Assembly: GCA_033442325.1 (NCBI GenBank)
Contig: JAWQFM010000011.1
Span: 953,975-1,017,974 of the forward strand
Length of the DNA stretch: 64,000 bases
Source: Salpingoeca rosetta
Lineage: Eukaryota; Protista; Choanoflagellata
Direction of reading: 5' to 3'
Position numbers and translations under genes: made by a program. How positions within the stretch are numbered: the stretch's first letter is position 1; each line of letters starts with the position of its first letter. A model generated the notes under the pieces. The model was not told the origin of the DNA, did no database searches, and saw only the letters and a list, made by a program, of their open reading frames with translations. Below, in pieces: positions 50,137 to 63,862 of the stretch.

Positions 50137-50424
50137 ATGTCCAACAACCAGGCCAACACCAACGTCCTCCCCAACCTCGGGCTCGCCCATACGCACGGCA
50201 ACAACGCACCCGGTGCCGTCATGCACCAAGGTGGCCAGGCCACGACCGCAGCCAACACGGTCGCCGTCCAAGCAGCCGCAGCTCAAGGTACCGCGCCACT
50301 CACGGTCGCCAACTTGCAGGTCCACAACGCCGCGTTCGGCAACGGCATGCAGGTCAACAACATCAACGACGACCTCTTCTGCTTCAGCGATGCCGAGCCC
50401 GAGTCCGACTCCGAGTCCGACTAA
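50137..50424 (+). CDS. Small intronless hypothetical protein (95 aa, Asn/Ala/Gln-rich, acidic tail)
   Basis: caccATG context, strong third-position C bias like the host genes, no microsatellite; ends DDLFCFSDAEPESDSESD*. Confidence 0.6.
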   Translation: MSNNQANTNVLPNLGLAHTHGNNAPGAVMHQGGQATTAANTVAVQAAAAQGTAPLTVANLQVHNAAFGNGMQVNNINDDLFCFSDAEPESDSESD

Positions 50425-51388
50425 GTAATCCGACCACCTCAACACCAACGCCACGTCCAGCAACTAGGAACCACCACCAGCGCCACCGATACGTCCCCAC
50501 AAGCCCAACCACCCAGCCAGTCACCCCTGGTCACGCACTCGTGCATGCCAACCAAGCCCGTTGTCCTCCTTTCGCCTGTCTCTCGCTGCCATGTCTCCAC
50601 GTCTCTGCTGTCTCTTCCTTTCCCACCACCCCATCCTCTTCCTTTCCTCCTCCTCCTGCCAATGCTGATCCTTAATGTTGCTTCCCTCGCCTCTGCAGCT
50701 GTCATCGGTCTGGCACCAGCCTCCTGCACCTTCCCTTCTTTCTTCTTTGCCTGCTGTTCTCCTGACTTCTCTCGGATGTCGCTGTTGTGGCACCCACTCT
50801 GTTCGCAACTCTTCCGTCCCTCGTCATCGTGACTCGTCTGCGCTGTTCCCCAAGCTGCCGTCGTTCCCGCCCTTTCCAGCTGCTGTCTCTGCAATGTGCT
50901 GGACCTCATTCAGCCCCACTTGGCCCATTCTGTCCTCGTACTCCCGTACCTGCACTCTTCTTGTTGTCTCTTGTCGCCTGTACCATCCAACAAATACAAC
51001 GTAACGCAACATGCGGCAGCAGTGCCAGTGAGCTTGTGTGCGTCAATGATGGCAGCCAGTCAACACAACACACCACAACGAGGGCAGAGAGAGAGAGAGA
51101 GGAGAGGAGGGAGCGGTACTCACAGGGATCAGTTGCACCGCAACCCCCACAGCACACAAGCGCAAGCAACGCCGCAACGCGTTGCATTTTGCAAGCCCAT
51201 GCAAAGCAACTTGCAAACTTGCTCCTCTTCGCGTGCACGCGCCCAAATTTCAAAGTCAACCCCACAAAGCTCAAAAGCCACAAGCACATTTACGCGCACA
51301 CACACACACACACACACGCACACAAGCATACAAGCACACGTAACTACACACCTCTGGAAAGCATCAGCCACAGAAGCGCCGCAGCAGC

Positions 51389-51415
51389 ATGGAGAACAGC
51401 ATGAATGCCACCGAC

Positions 51416-51459
<44 letters not shown>

Positions 51460-52234
51460 AGAGGGCGTCATGCCGTCCCAAGCTCCAAGCTCCCCACGTG
51501 CTCAGCGGCCACAGAACACGCGGGTCCGGCTGGCCGTCCCTTCTCCCGTGGACGCCACCGTGGCAGAGGGCTCCTCCTCCTCCTCCTCCTCCTCAGCAGC
51601 CACAACCACGGCCACAACCACGGCCACGGCCGCCATGCAGGTGCCAGGCACCAACCCACAGGTCCAGCCGAGCACGGCTGCAGGCGTCGGTGTCACTGAG
51701 GATGCATTTGACAGCATGTGCACAACAGCCGCCGCCACAATGCAGCCCACAGTGAGCAAGAATGTGCGGCCCACGGTGAGCAAGAAGAAGCAGCTCCCTC
51801 CGGACCACATCTACTCCTGGAAGGACAGGCTCATGGGCCATTGCACAGGAAAAGTAAGTCAACCGTACACACACACACACACATATGGTACCCAGACGAC
51901 AAGACACACCTCCAAGCGTTCCACATTTCCCCACAACGGCAAAAGACGCACCACACACGTATTGTTCACCTTGTGCTTCAAATACACGTATGCCCTGGCT
52001 GCTGCTCCACCACCGCCGCAGGAGCTCATCCAGCACATGAACCGGCAGAGGCTGGAAGCCGAGCAACGCCGGGCCGCCAGCAGCAGTGGCACTCCGCACA
52101 AGCCCCCGGTCTGTGTCGACACACACAAGACATATCATGAGCTCAACATCATCACCTGCACACGCACATGCACACACACGCACACACACTCACACACACA
52201 CACTGTCACTCACACACACACACAGTCACTCACA

Positions 52235-52273
<39 letters not shown>

Positions 52274-52948
52274 TCACTCACACGCGCACACTGCACCTTG
52301 CATGTGGCCACAACATACCAGGAGTCAAGTGCCAGCAGTGCCAGCAGTGCCAGAAGCGCAGCGCAGGTGCATCTCGGGCCCACCAGGAGCGTGGCCAACT
52401 CCACACGCAGGGGCATTCCAAAGCGCTGCAACAGCGACAACGTGAGTTTCTCGCCTGCTCCCATCACACACGCAAACACACACACACACGCACACATACA
52501 AGGTCCAGCACGACACAGTCAGGCCACGATGGCCGAACAGCTAAGACACACACACACACGCCCATACACAAAAGATAAATGAGCACCCACAGCCACACAC
52601 ACACACAACTGTACACGCACAAAGTATATACGCACACACAACTGTACACGCACAAAGTATACACGCACACACGAAAACTCACCTTGCCATGCTGCCGCAT
52701 CTTCGCTCACTTTTCACCTCCACAAGTACAAGTGCCGCCCCCGCGCTCCCGTCCGGCCGCTGCTGAGGAAGATCCCCATGCACCTCATCAAGAAGCGCGA
52801 GGAAGATGAGCGGTACTACGCCAACCTCTCCTCCGACGAAGACAACGAAGACAGCAACAGCACCGCCAGCGGCGACGAGGATCCCGGCAATGGCGACGAC
52901 AATGCTGGCTCATCCGGTGACGCCGATGGTGGCTCCGCATTGTGCTGA
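51389..52948 (+). CDS. Multi-exon low-complexity hypothetical protein
   Basis: Long first exon MENSMNATDNEQQ...HIYSWKDRLMGHCTGK with gtaagt donor; further exons ELIQHMNRQRLEAEQRR, ESSASSASS...KRCNSDN, and terminal YKCRPRAPVRPLLRKIPMHLIKKREEDERYYANLSSDED...SALC*. Confidence 0.6.
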
Positions 52949-53618
52949 GTGAGATATCAACACCATGGCGCGCTCAAGAATGCATCACCACCACCACTAC
53001 CACAATCATCATCACCTTCTTCTTGTTCTTTCTCGTCTCCTCCCTCTCCCTCCCCTTGAGAGCGATGATTCTCAAGACACCACCACCACCACCACCACCA
53101 TCTGCACAAAGCCCGTGCTGCTCCACACCTTCGCTCTCTGTCTCGTCACACTATCTCTAACTCTCTTCTGCCCTACCCACTCCCCAAGCGCCCTCCCTCC
53201 TGCCCCCTCTCCCTCCCACATCAACAACGCACCACCCCTCTCTTCATTCCCCACCTCCCATTTCTGATCAACGACCACTGTCCTCTCCCCTCCCCATATC
53301 TCCTCTCTGCATCGCCACCGCCACTGTCTCCGGCACATCCCCACTTGCCTGTCCCCAGCTCCCGCCTCGCCTCCCAGCCCCTTGCCTGTGCCTTCTTGTG
53401 CCTGTGGCATTTGCCAAAATGCACAAAATGAAATGTGATTTCTGCAGTAAAGCGTTTGGGTGCGTTGCGATGACGTGACGTCATGAGAAGCGGGCAAGTC
53501 GCAGCGACAGCTCCATTGTCATCGCAACCACACACACACACACACAAAAAAAAAAAAAGGAAAAGTAAAAGCAGCACACTGCAAAGCACACAAGCACACA
53601 AGCACACACACACCCACA

Positions 53619-53679
<61 letters not shown>

Positions 53680-55224
53680 GGCGGGTGTAACCTTACCAGT
53701 GACAGTGGTTGGAGAGCTCCCACATGCGACGACAACAGCAGCCATGCGAGAGAACGGCCATTGACACCACCGTCATCACCACTACCACAACTACTACAGA
53801 CGCCGACAGTGGCAGCATCAACTCTGATGTTGCCACTGGCGATGCCGTCTGGAGAGGCGTCGCGTGCTGGGCAGGCACAACAACAGGGACAGCGACAGCA
53901 ACAACAGCGTGTGGCAAGATGGGAGGCGAAATGTGTAATCCCAGCGGCATCATGTCCGAAAGGAAGACGCAGAAAGACACGGAGTGATGCAACGACTTCT
54001 CCTGAACACCAAGAGGAAGAGGAGAGGAAGACAAGATATTGAAGGAAAAAGAACCGAAGCAACATGAGAGACACGAAACGCACAAAGGTGTGGCCACGCT
54101 GATGGCACAGCACAACACATGTGAGCACACAAGCGCGCTCGTGCTGTGCAACACTTGCGCCCATTCATAGCCACAGTCACGCAAACCAGGACGAAGAGGA
54201 GGAGCAACAGCAGCAGCAACAACCAACCAACCAACCAACCAACCAACAACAACAGCAACAACAGCAACAACCAGCCAACCAACCAACCAACCACAACCAA
54301 CCAACCAAGCAACAACAATAACGACATGGTCCCGCGATGGTCCACAGCTCCCGGAAGACGGAGGTATGTCCGCCCCGTGTGCACATAAGCAACACCTCTG
54401 CCATGCAACGTCAAATCACCATCATTGCATGTTTGCGTGCGCAGATGTGAGGCCCCCTCCAATTCCCTCGACGCGTGTGCATGGCGATCCTTCACAGCAC
54501 AACCCCGCACAGCGCACAAGACAAACCCCGGCCTCAAGCCCACAACACCTCCCCACAACAGGAAATCACATCTCACCCTCAACCACACATCCGGCATGTG
54601 CGTCGCACCTTGCAGTGGCAGTGTGCTGTCCTGTGCGGACTATCGGTCCAGCCCCTCCTTGTTGCTGCGGCGGCCCGCGGCGGCTTCACCACAGCGAGCG
54701 ATCGCCTCCCGTCGTGACACCGGCAGTGTCTTGTTCTGGCCCGCACCGCCAATGGGTTCGTTCTTCACCCGCCGCTGTCCGCTTCAACTGCACCTGCTCC
54801 ATCCAAGACGATCCAAGGCGTCAAAGGGGGGGGGGGGGCATGCTGTGGACGGCGTGGATTGCATGCTCGATGGCGTGCCTGCAGCGCATTGTGCTTGTTT
54901 GTGTTGTCTCTTCTTCAAACTGCATGCACGCAAATCCAACACCACCACCACAGCAGTAGTTGCTGTTTATCCAACACCACCACAGCAGTGGTTCCTTGTT
55001 GTTCATGAGCCCGTGATGCTGCGGTTGTTGTTGTCGCAGTTGCGTTGGCGGTTACGGTGAAACTCGTGGTGGTGCTGGTTCGTGTTGGTGTGAGCGCACT
55101 TGCTGCTGCTCTTGCTGCTGTTGTCTCCTTCTTCCCCTTTCCGTTACGGGGGGTCAGCACAAGTTCCCTGGCGCCCACAAGGTCCCCCAACACCATGCTG
55201 CTGCTGTGGCAACGCCTGCATGCT

Positions 55225-55601
55225 GTGCCTCGCTTGTCACTGTCTGCACCTGTGCATTGGGGGCACGGTGGTGTTGGGGGGGGGGGTGAGGTCGCGAGAG
55301 AGGAGGCGACGTTGACGCCCGCAGCAGACAGATTATAGAAAACCACTCAAAGCACACACATTGCACGCACATGCCTGGGCGGTGGATAGCGCACAACAAA
55401 CACAAACACCGACACGTGCTCGGGTGCCTCGTTTGTCACTGCCTGCACCTGTGCATTGAGGGCACGGTGGGGTGAGGTCGCGAGAGAGGAGGCGACGTTG
55501 ACGCCCGCAGCAGACAGATTATAGAAAACCACTCAAAGCACACACATTGCACGCACATGCCTGGGCGGTGGATAGCACACAACAAACACAAACACCGACA
55601 C
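55225..55601. repeat. Diverged ~190-bp tandem duplication (55225-55413, 55423-55601)
   Basis: Both copies read gtgcctcg.ttgtcactg.ctgcacctgtgcattg...ggtgaggtcgcgagagaggaggcgacgttgacgcccgcagcagacagattatagaaaaccactc...acaccgacac, with a few substitutions and one indel. Confidence 0.92.
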
Positions 55602-55967
55602 AAACACACACACAGGCACAAAAAAAACCGCCATGCACCAAGTGCAGACGTGCTGGTGGTGTGGTGTGATGGTGCCGGTGGTGTTGGCACCTGCATATGC
55701 ACGCACGTGCACACGTGCGTGCATGAGGAAGACAATGACGGCTGCAACCTGTGATGTGAACGCTCACGCGAGCATGGGCTGAAGCAATGACACGCGCATG
55801 TGACACGATGAGGCCTTGCGTAAGCAGCACGCAACAGAGATTACATGTACACGTGTGTGTGTTTGTTTTGTTTGTGGGAGCGGACATGTGTGCAACTGAG
55901 CGAGTGGTGCACTGCGAACACGTGTGTGCACAAGCAACAGCGCCTGGCTGTGAGGCCCAGGCATGCG

Positions 55968-56046
<79 letters not shown>

Positions 56047-56811
56047 CACGTCTGTCTTCCTCCTTTCGCAGCAGAGGTGCTCTCCTGTTACAAGCCCTCC
56101 TCGCCTCGTTCTGCTTGTTCTTGTTGTTCCACATCCATCACCTCCTTTTCATTCTCACTCACCGTATTGTTGCTGCTGCTGCTGTTGCTGCTGCTGTCTT
56201 GCTGTCATCTCCGCAGGTCTCAGTGGGTGCCCACGGCCCGCCTCTCCAGTCCGTCCTCTACATCCACCGACACCTGGGCTGTACACTGGCCGTCAAAGCA
56301 CCAAACCTCGTCGTGCCACCACCCTCCAACAGGACTTGCTGCCCAGGTGGTTCCCATGGCCCCCTTCACCCAATATCTGTCAGTACACACGTGTGCACAT
56401 GCGAGTGCCTCTGCCCACGGGCTGTTGCTGTGCGTCGACTTCTCTGTCCCCTTTTCTGTTTCTCTCCGTTCCCCTCTGTCACACACACACACAGACACAC
56501 ACACACAGACACACACACACACACGGCCTGTCTTTGTCGCTGTGTCTCTGTACACGAACGAACGGCAGCTGTGGCTGTGATGATGCGAGTACCTGTGCTC
56601 ACAGCCCGCATGCGTGGGTGTGCCTCTGTTGCCGTTGCGTGTGTGCAGTTGCTGCGACACGGGTCTCTTGATGCGTGGCTGACCTGCTCACACACGTGTC
56701 TACGCTCTTCACAAAACGCACGCGCCAGCAGGTAAGGAGGAAGCAAGGACGATGTGAGATGCGGCTCAAGCACAGGCAAGCAGGTGGCGTGGCACGACCA
56801 TGGAAGGTACT

Positions 56812-56813
56812 GC

Positions 56814-56903
<90 letters not shown>
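56812..56903. repeat. (CAA)n(CAG)n repeat
   Basis: Directly visible. Confidence 0.95.
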
Positions 56904-56904
<1 letters not shown>

Positions 56905-59015
56905 TTTGTGCATGCACGTTTGGCCTTTGAAGACACAACAGCAACAGCACACTGCAACACACATGCGACCGTACCAGCTGACAACGGCTGCACTCGGTGC
57001 GATCACGGAGAAGCGTAGCCACCATCCACATCATCCTCGCCCCGACCATTGCAACTGCAACCTGCTGCATCGCCACTTGGTGCAGTCACGGAGATCAAAA
57101 GACAGCGGAGTTCGCCGGCGCATCCGCCCCTTTCAACATCAATCGTCTCATTGAGGACTTCTACCAGCGGCGGCAGCAGTACCAACAGCAGCAATAGCAG
57201 CAGCAGCAGCGGCAGCAGCAGCAGCTTCTGCGCCATTCACGTGCAAGCACTTCGCTGCAGGATGCACAAGAGAAGGGAGAGCAGGGATGTGTGTGAGAGA
57301 CCGGGAGGAGGCGTTTGAGGGGAACGTGTGTTGTATGCCAACTGTGTCATGGTGGTGGTGTGGTGAAGACAGACGTCGTGCGTATGCAGCGATAGTGGCA
57401 TGGTGGATGATCCATCACCGAGCAAACATGTGCACATGGCTCGGTTGCACGGGTGCATCCAGTCCACCATGTCACATCGCCGCCTCCATCCCGCCCACAT
57501 GCACACATGCACCTACACACGCACACACACACATGCACACACACACACACACACATGCACGGACGATGGCTTCCTCATGCATGTCGACATGCATTAATGT
57601 AAACCAAGCAGTCGTTGATGCGTTCGTGCGTATGCGATACCTTCAAATCGGGAAAGAGAACACAGACGACAGAGGCCACACCGAGCATCCGAAAAGGAAG
57701 TGCGTTGGTTGGTTTGCGTCGATGTGCGTGTTGAGGTGTTGGGGTGCAGAGCTGCAGCATGACCTCGTTTTAGCGTTTTGACAGAACACGCCCTCTGCTC
57801 ACTTCATATCCAACTTGCGAGTCCTTTCTCGAGTCCTTCCATGCTGACGTCACAGCCACTTAGAGCAAGCCCAGTCCGTAGTAGTTAGGTGTCCTGTCAC
57901 AAGAAACCAAAAGAAGCCGGTGCTGTCTGATGATGTCTTTGCCTTGGCTCGTGTAGTTCCTTTTGTGCGCGCGATCTTCGTGTGCCACCACCATCACCAT
58001 CACCATCACCATCAGCGACGACGATGTTGTGGGTGCACCGACGAGCGTGCTGGCTGGCTGCAACGGAAAGTCACTTTCGGTTCTGTGGAAACAAGAAACT
58101 GCATTCAGTCTCTCATTTAACACATTGTCACGCCGCACAACATTCAAACACACTAAACCCAGCAGATGGTTTGAGGGTTTGCTGCCTGCACTCTAGCACT
58201 CTACTCTGCTGTGCTGTGCTCTGCACTGCACTGCACTCTCCCACCCACACACACACACTCACACACACACACTCTCTCTCCTCTCTGAACAGCTCTTGCA
58301 CGCTCTGTCGACTTCCTACCTGCCACCTGTTTGCTGCTGCAAGAAGGGCAAGTATGTACGTCGGGAAGAAGTGCATTGCCAGAAGAACCACAGTCATCTT
58401 GCCTGCTTGCTGGCTTGCTTTATAAAGAAGGCAGGTCCTGAGCTCACTTGCTCAGCCCTCCTCCCATTTCATCATCATCTGTTGTCTCTTGCCTTTTGCT
58501 GCGTGTGATCTCTGTTTTCTGGTTGTCGAGTTGGTCCTTGTCCCTAAACAGCCAACGCTTGGCTCACAATATCAGTGCCACCCTTCTTTTGTTCTCTTTC
58601 TGCTCAACTGCTCGTTGCTTCGGTGCTTCCTTGCCAGCTGTTGTTCTCCCAAGAATCTCCGGTCTATGTTTCTTATGTTTCATGTGCGCTGGGGCACCGC
58701 ACTGGAGGGATAGCTGAACTACATATCTATGTACCTGTACTGTGTTGCTCTTTGTAGCGCTCATGTACTCTCCAAGACAGCAGAGCATAGCGGAGCACTG
58801 TACTCGTTTGATAAAAGATGCAAGAAGAAGAGAACACCAGAAGCAAGCTACACACATCAATGTGGATGTAGAAATTGCATGCAAGCTCAGAGAGAGAGAG
58901 AGAGCGCTCTTTCTGCTTTTTTCGTGCGGCTTTGGGCTGGGGTAATAACGGGGGTTTAGGAGTAGCTCTGCTTGGTTGTGGTCCCCTTGTCCCTTGCTCT
59001 GTCTGTTGCGAAAAG

Positions 59016-59617
59016 CTACATCTTTGTGGTCGGCTCTCGCGTACAATGGGACGATGACAGGTCCTTGTAGGCAACTTTCACGTCGCCCTCAATTGCTTGA
59101 TTGAGCGTCAGCGTGCGTGTCGCGCCGGGGTGCAGTGTGATGTAGTTGTCATTGAACGCGTAGCCATCCACCGAAACGCCGCTTTCCTGAAAAGGAGCAA
59201 GTAAAGTGAATGGAATGGTGAGCCCGGGGCATCGTGTGCTTTGTGCGAGATCCATGTGAGGGCAGTACCTTGTAATGCACACAAACACACATGCACACAC
59301 GAGCACCGACCTCGTCAATGACGTCAAACTCCACGAAGAATGCGATCGTGTGTCGTGGATTCGTGACCTGCCCAGTGCCACACAGATATCAAGGTGAGTG
59401 TGTACTCCATCGCAATGCAACCATGTCAATCATTGGGGAAGTGGCCGTGCTAATCAGTGTGTTCTCACCTGCACATGAACGGCGTCGACCAGGTGGATGT
59501 CAAGCTGAGCAGGCTCAATATTGCTGTCGGAAGAGACAGGGCAATCGGGGTGAGAGGCGGCAACAAACCAAGCGCCCATGGGCACACATACCAAGTATGG
59601 ACATCAAACGGAACACG

Positions 59618-59681
<64 letters not shown>

Positions 59682-62388
59682 TGCATGCATGCACGCGCAC
59701 ACACCACAAGTCAGAGAAGTTGGCGAACTGTGAACAGTAGGTGATGTAGAATGTGGAGTTGCTCCAGTCCAGTACGTCTGGCCGACATGGGTGCCAGTAC
59801 GTCTGATCATCCTCGGTCTGCGTGCGTGTGCGATGTCATCGGCCGGCGTGAGTTGAAGTGTGAGAGTGAGGGTGGGGGAATACAGACAACGGCGTGCCCA
59901 CACAAGTACAGGAACCACAACAATCGCAGGCAGGCGCTTGTTCGGACCACATTGTCTTGATTCTTCACGAGGAGATGAATGAGGAGGGTGCGGCGTGGCT
60001 GGGCGGCACAAAAGTGACTGAGATGCGTCTGAATGTTCGTGACATCAAGAAGGGCGTCGTCTGCCCCAATTGATCCAATGCGAACACTGTCATTCCACAG
60101 CAGTTCACTCCCGGTGCTGCACGTCACAGATAAAGCAGTTGCGAGTGGTGTGAAATGAACTGCATCAAAGAAAAAACACGCACACACACATACACACACA
60201 CACACGCACACACACACACGCGCGCACACACAACACACACACACACACATAACACAGGCCGTCGAGTTGCAGTCAGTCGCAAGCCGCGAAAGCAGGGAAA
60301 TCTGGCGAGACGAGCCACTCGTCGTCACCATGCACGCGCACCTCCATATCTGGACATGAAGGTCGAGTAGCGATGAACCCTGTACCACGTCGTTGCGCAC
60401 AACAGATATGGCGCCTGATGACGGGTTGAATACCGCGTGTGTTGACGGCAGGAGCGCAGCACGTGTGCCGAAGAAACCGCCGCCACCGTCGCCGTAAAAG
60501 TCTGGTGTGTGCGCACGTGTTTGGTTGTGGATGTTTGTTAATGTGTGTTTGTGTTTGTGGTAATGAGTATGAATGTGAGCGTGTGGATGTACTGACGAGA
60601 ACTTCGTGCATGCGTGAAACGGTGTGGTGTGTTTGTCAGAGGCGTGCCAACAGTTGCTGCTGAAGGTAGCAGCCCTGTGTAGCTTTGAAGATGTTGTTGG
60701 TCTGACGCACCGATCAGATGCCAGATTAGCGACGGGAATGGATTGTTGAGCATCCAGTGAACAACGCCTGAGCCAAGGATGGCAGCAGGTGAGGTTGCGT
60801 GCAGGTGTGCTTGCGTGAGTACATGCAAACAACCAAAGCACACGCGCGCAATACCATGGCAAGGATGGAGGCACGCTATTCACCATGAACAAGACATAAA
60901 ACCACAAACACACATACACACATATACACAAACACACAAGCGAGCGAGCAAGTACACGTTGTAGTCTGCGCAACGACGCACCTGTGCTGTTACGATACTT
61001 AAACGTAGAGTAGGCATCGAACATTGCACGTTCAGCTTCGTATGTCATCAACTGGCTCTTGAACAGAAACTCCTGCAAGCGCAACACAGTATCTGTGAGC
61101 GGAAGTACATGTGCAGAGTGCGAAGCATGCTCCTCATCCAGCCTTCCAAAAAGCACACGCATGTACACATATGAACATACACAGACACATGTACAGACAC
61201 ACACAAACACACATACATACGTACATACATACATACATACGTCGATTCCGCAGCGCAAGCAGAGCAAAACGAAGAAGCACCAACTTCACAGATCAGGACC
61301 ACACAACACACCTCAATGCTGTTTGCTGCCCCAACACGGGCGGTCAACGGTGGAACGAAGAACCGCAGGTCATGGAACAAGCCCTGAAATCATAATTGCA
61401 CGCACGAACGTACGTGTGTGCGTGTGTGTGGATTGGGTCGTGCGGTTGTACGCGAGTACGTGTGTATGTGTTCATGTGTGTGCGTGTGTGTTCATGTGTG
61501 CGAGCGTCATGGATGCCACGGACAGTGCAGTTTGAGGGAGCGGGTCTGAATCTGGTGATGTGGCAGGTTTGCTTGCAGGCACGTACCAACTGCGAACCGC
61601 AGTGGAAGTCCCAAACGTCGTTGATCGGCCACAGCTCGTTTGCTTCAAACATCTTCTTCGCGCTGTGCATGTGTGCGTGCATACACGTGCATGCATGTGA
61701 GCGTGAGCCTGCTCGTGCTGGAGGCATGTCAACAGGGTTTCAAAACAATGCGTGCAAGCCTTGACTCCAAGCCTTGGCTGCAACCCCTGAGTGCAGGTTG
61801 TGGTGTGGCACCTGCGAAGCCGAACTGGCGCCGCTCCGGGGCTGATTTCTGTCGAGAATCCAAACGCAGCGCCCGAGGACACGTGGGCCTTAAACGTGCG
61901 CATGTGGAAACGAATGAGCGATGATAGGCGATGATGAGCGTGGGGATGTGCATTCAGTTGTGAACTGGCTTGTTCGAAAAAAAAAAAAACCTCTGAACAG
62001 GGTCACATGCCCACACGGAAAGCGGACAAACACGCACATGAAATTTCATGCGAGCTGCCGTCGATGTTCACAGCATGCAGTGAAACGCAAACACATGACA
62101 TGACATTGCGACACGACACACACGCTCAACTCACCAATCCTTGATACCAGTAGAGCGGCGGCACCCATGCATATGGACCGTTCATCTTCACACCTGTTCG
62201 ACCTCCAGCCGGCGTCGACACGTTGCTTGCAGCTGCAGTTGTCGCAAAACAGCGGGATGAAGGGGGCGGGGCGGGAGGTTACAGGTTCACACAATGAAGA
62301 GATGCTGGGTGGGGCTTGGGTTCAGTGATTGTGGTGACACTCTGTTACTGAGTGCACGGTTGGGTCATAACACGCACTGCACGTGACG

Positions 62389-62423
<35 letters not shown>

Positions 62424-63779
62424 GCAAGCAAGCGAACAAACGAGTGCACACACAGCGTGTGACGCACATGAGATAAAGGGCAGGTGCCAGTACTCGTCCT
62501 CCCGGACACGCAAATATTCGTTCTCCACATGTGACGGTGGGGCTTCATCACTCCCATACAGAAACCCGAGCACAGACGCATGCGCGCGCAAGCGCCGGAA
62601 CTGCGTGCGTGTGCGTGTGTGCGTGTGCGTGCGTGTGTGTGTGTGTGTGTGTGTTGGGGGATGCAAACGTGGCGATGGGTGGAACATAGACGATTGAGGA
62701 AGGCCAGACAACACCGGCAGCTCACAACAAAACAACGCACACACATGCACACACACCTGTGATCGCATGGATTCCATCGCTATCAAGTGCTGTTCGTCCT
62801 TCCAATCGCTCCAGTGCTGCCACGCATCACAGCAGCACCAGCCTGCATGTGTTCGCATGTTCGTATGTGTTCGCACGTGTGTGTGTGTGTGTTCGCATGT
62901 TTGTATGTGTGTGTGTAAGATTGGAACAAGCATGGGGTCTCGCACAGGCAACACAGCGCATCTAGCTGGTGCGTGCGTGCATGCATGCCTGAGCGCGTTT
63001 TCGAACGACAGTGCATCCAACCTGGGAGAACCATGATGCCCATCTCGTCTGTCATCTCGAAGAACTCTGCAGTCATCATCTTTCCTTCGAGGCGGATCGT
63101 GTTCAGCCCCATCTGCTTCACCTTCTCCAGCATCGCTCGCTGCGACGCACACACACACACACATACACACATACACACACACACACACGCACGCACGCAC
63201 AACAGCAGACACGCAGAGGCGGTTGGTTTGGGTCATCATCAAGAGCGTGAACGATGTGGTAAGGCAGGCGAATGCATGGGCACACATCGCTACGAATGCA
63301 CCGGTGCGTGCGACTTTGGGTGGGCAGTCAGACATGAGTACAGTTGAGCGAGCAGAGCTGTAAGGGACCCAGCGCACACACGAAACTCTGGCAGCAAGCA
63401 GCGTGCATAGCCCACCTGGTATGATGTGTTGTAGCGAAGGAAGAGGTGAGGTGAGTAGCCACCACCGTACACCATGAACTTGCGATCGTTCACGTAGAAG
63501 AGACGGTACCCGTTGGCATCGCGAACAGACGTCTGGTGCATACACGTGTCGTGAAAACAAGAGGAGCGTGTTATGGTGTTGTGCGAGCATGCGGAATGTG
63601 TGTTTGTGTTGATGCGCGTACGTGTGAGCAATCGTGAGAATACATGCACGTGTTTGCGTGTGAGGTCATTGTCTCGCGTATCGGCAGTGTGCAGGCCCAC
63701 GTCACGCGTGCGTGTGTTTCTTGTGTGAAGTTTTGGGTGTATCCAATTCCAATCGGGCGGACCGCAACGCACGCACGCA

Positions 63780-63862
<83 letters not shown>

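Noticed and set aside
53476-53483. CRE palindrome TGACGTCA as a regulatory site
   Set aside because: An 8-mer that also occurs elsewhere, including in coding sequence; no confident downstream gene.
57819-57832. 14-nt identity (gagtcctttctcga) with the Fanzor fragment at ~1135-1148, as a possible guide/target relation
   Set aside because: Several 14-mer coincidences are expected in 64 kb, and the flanks do not align.
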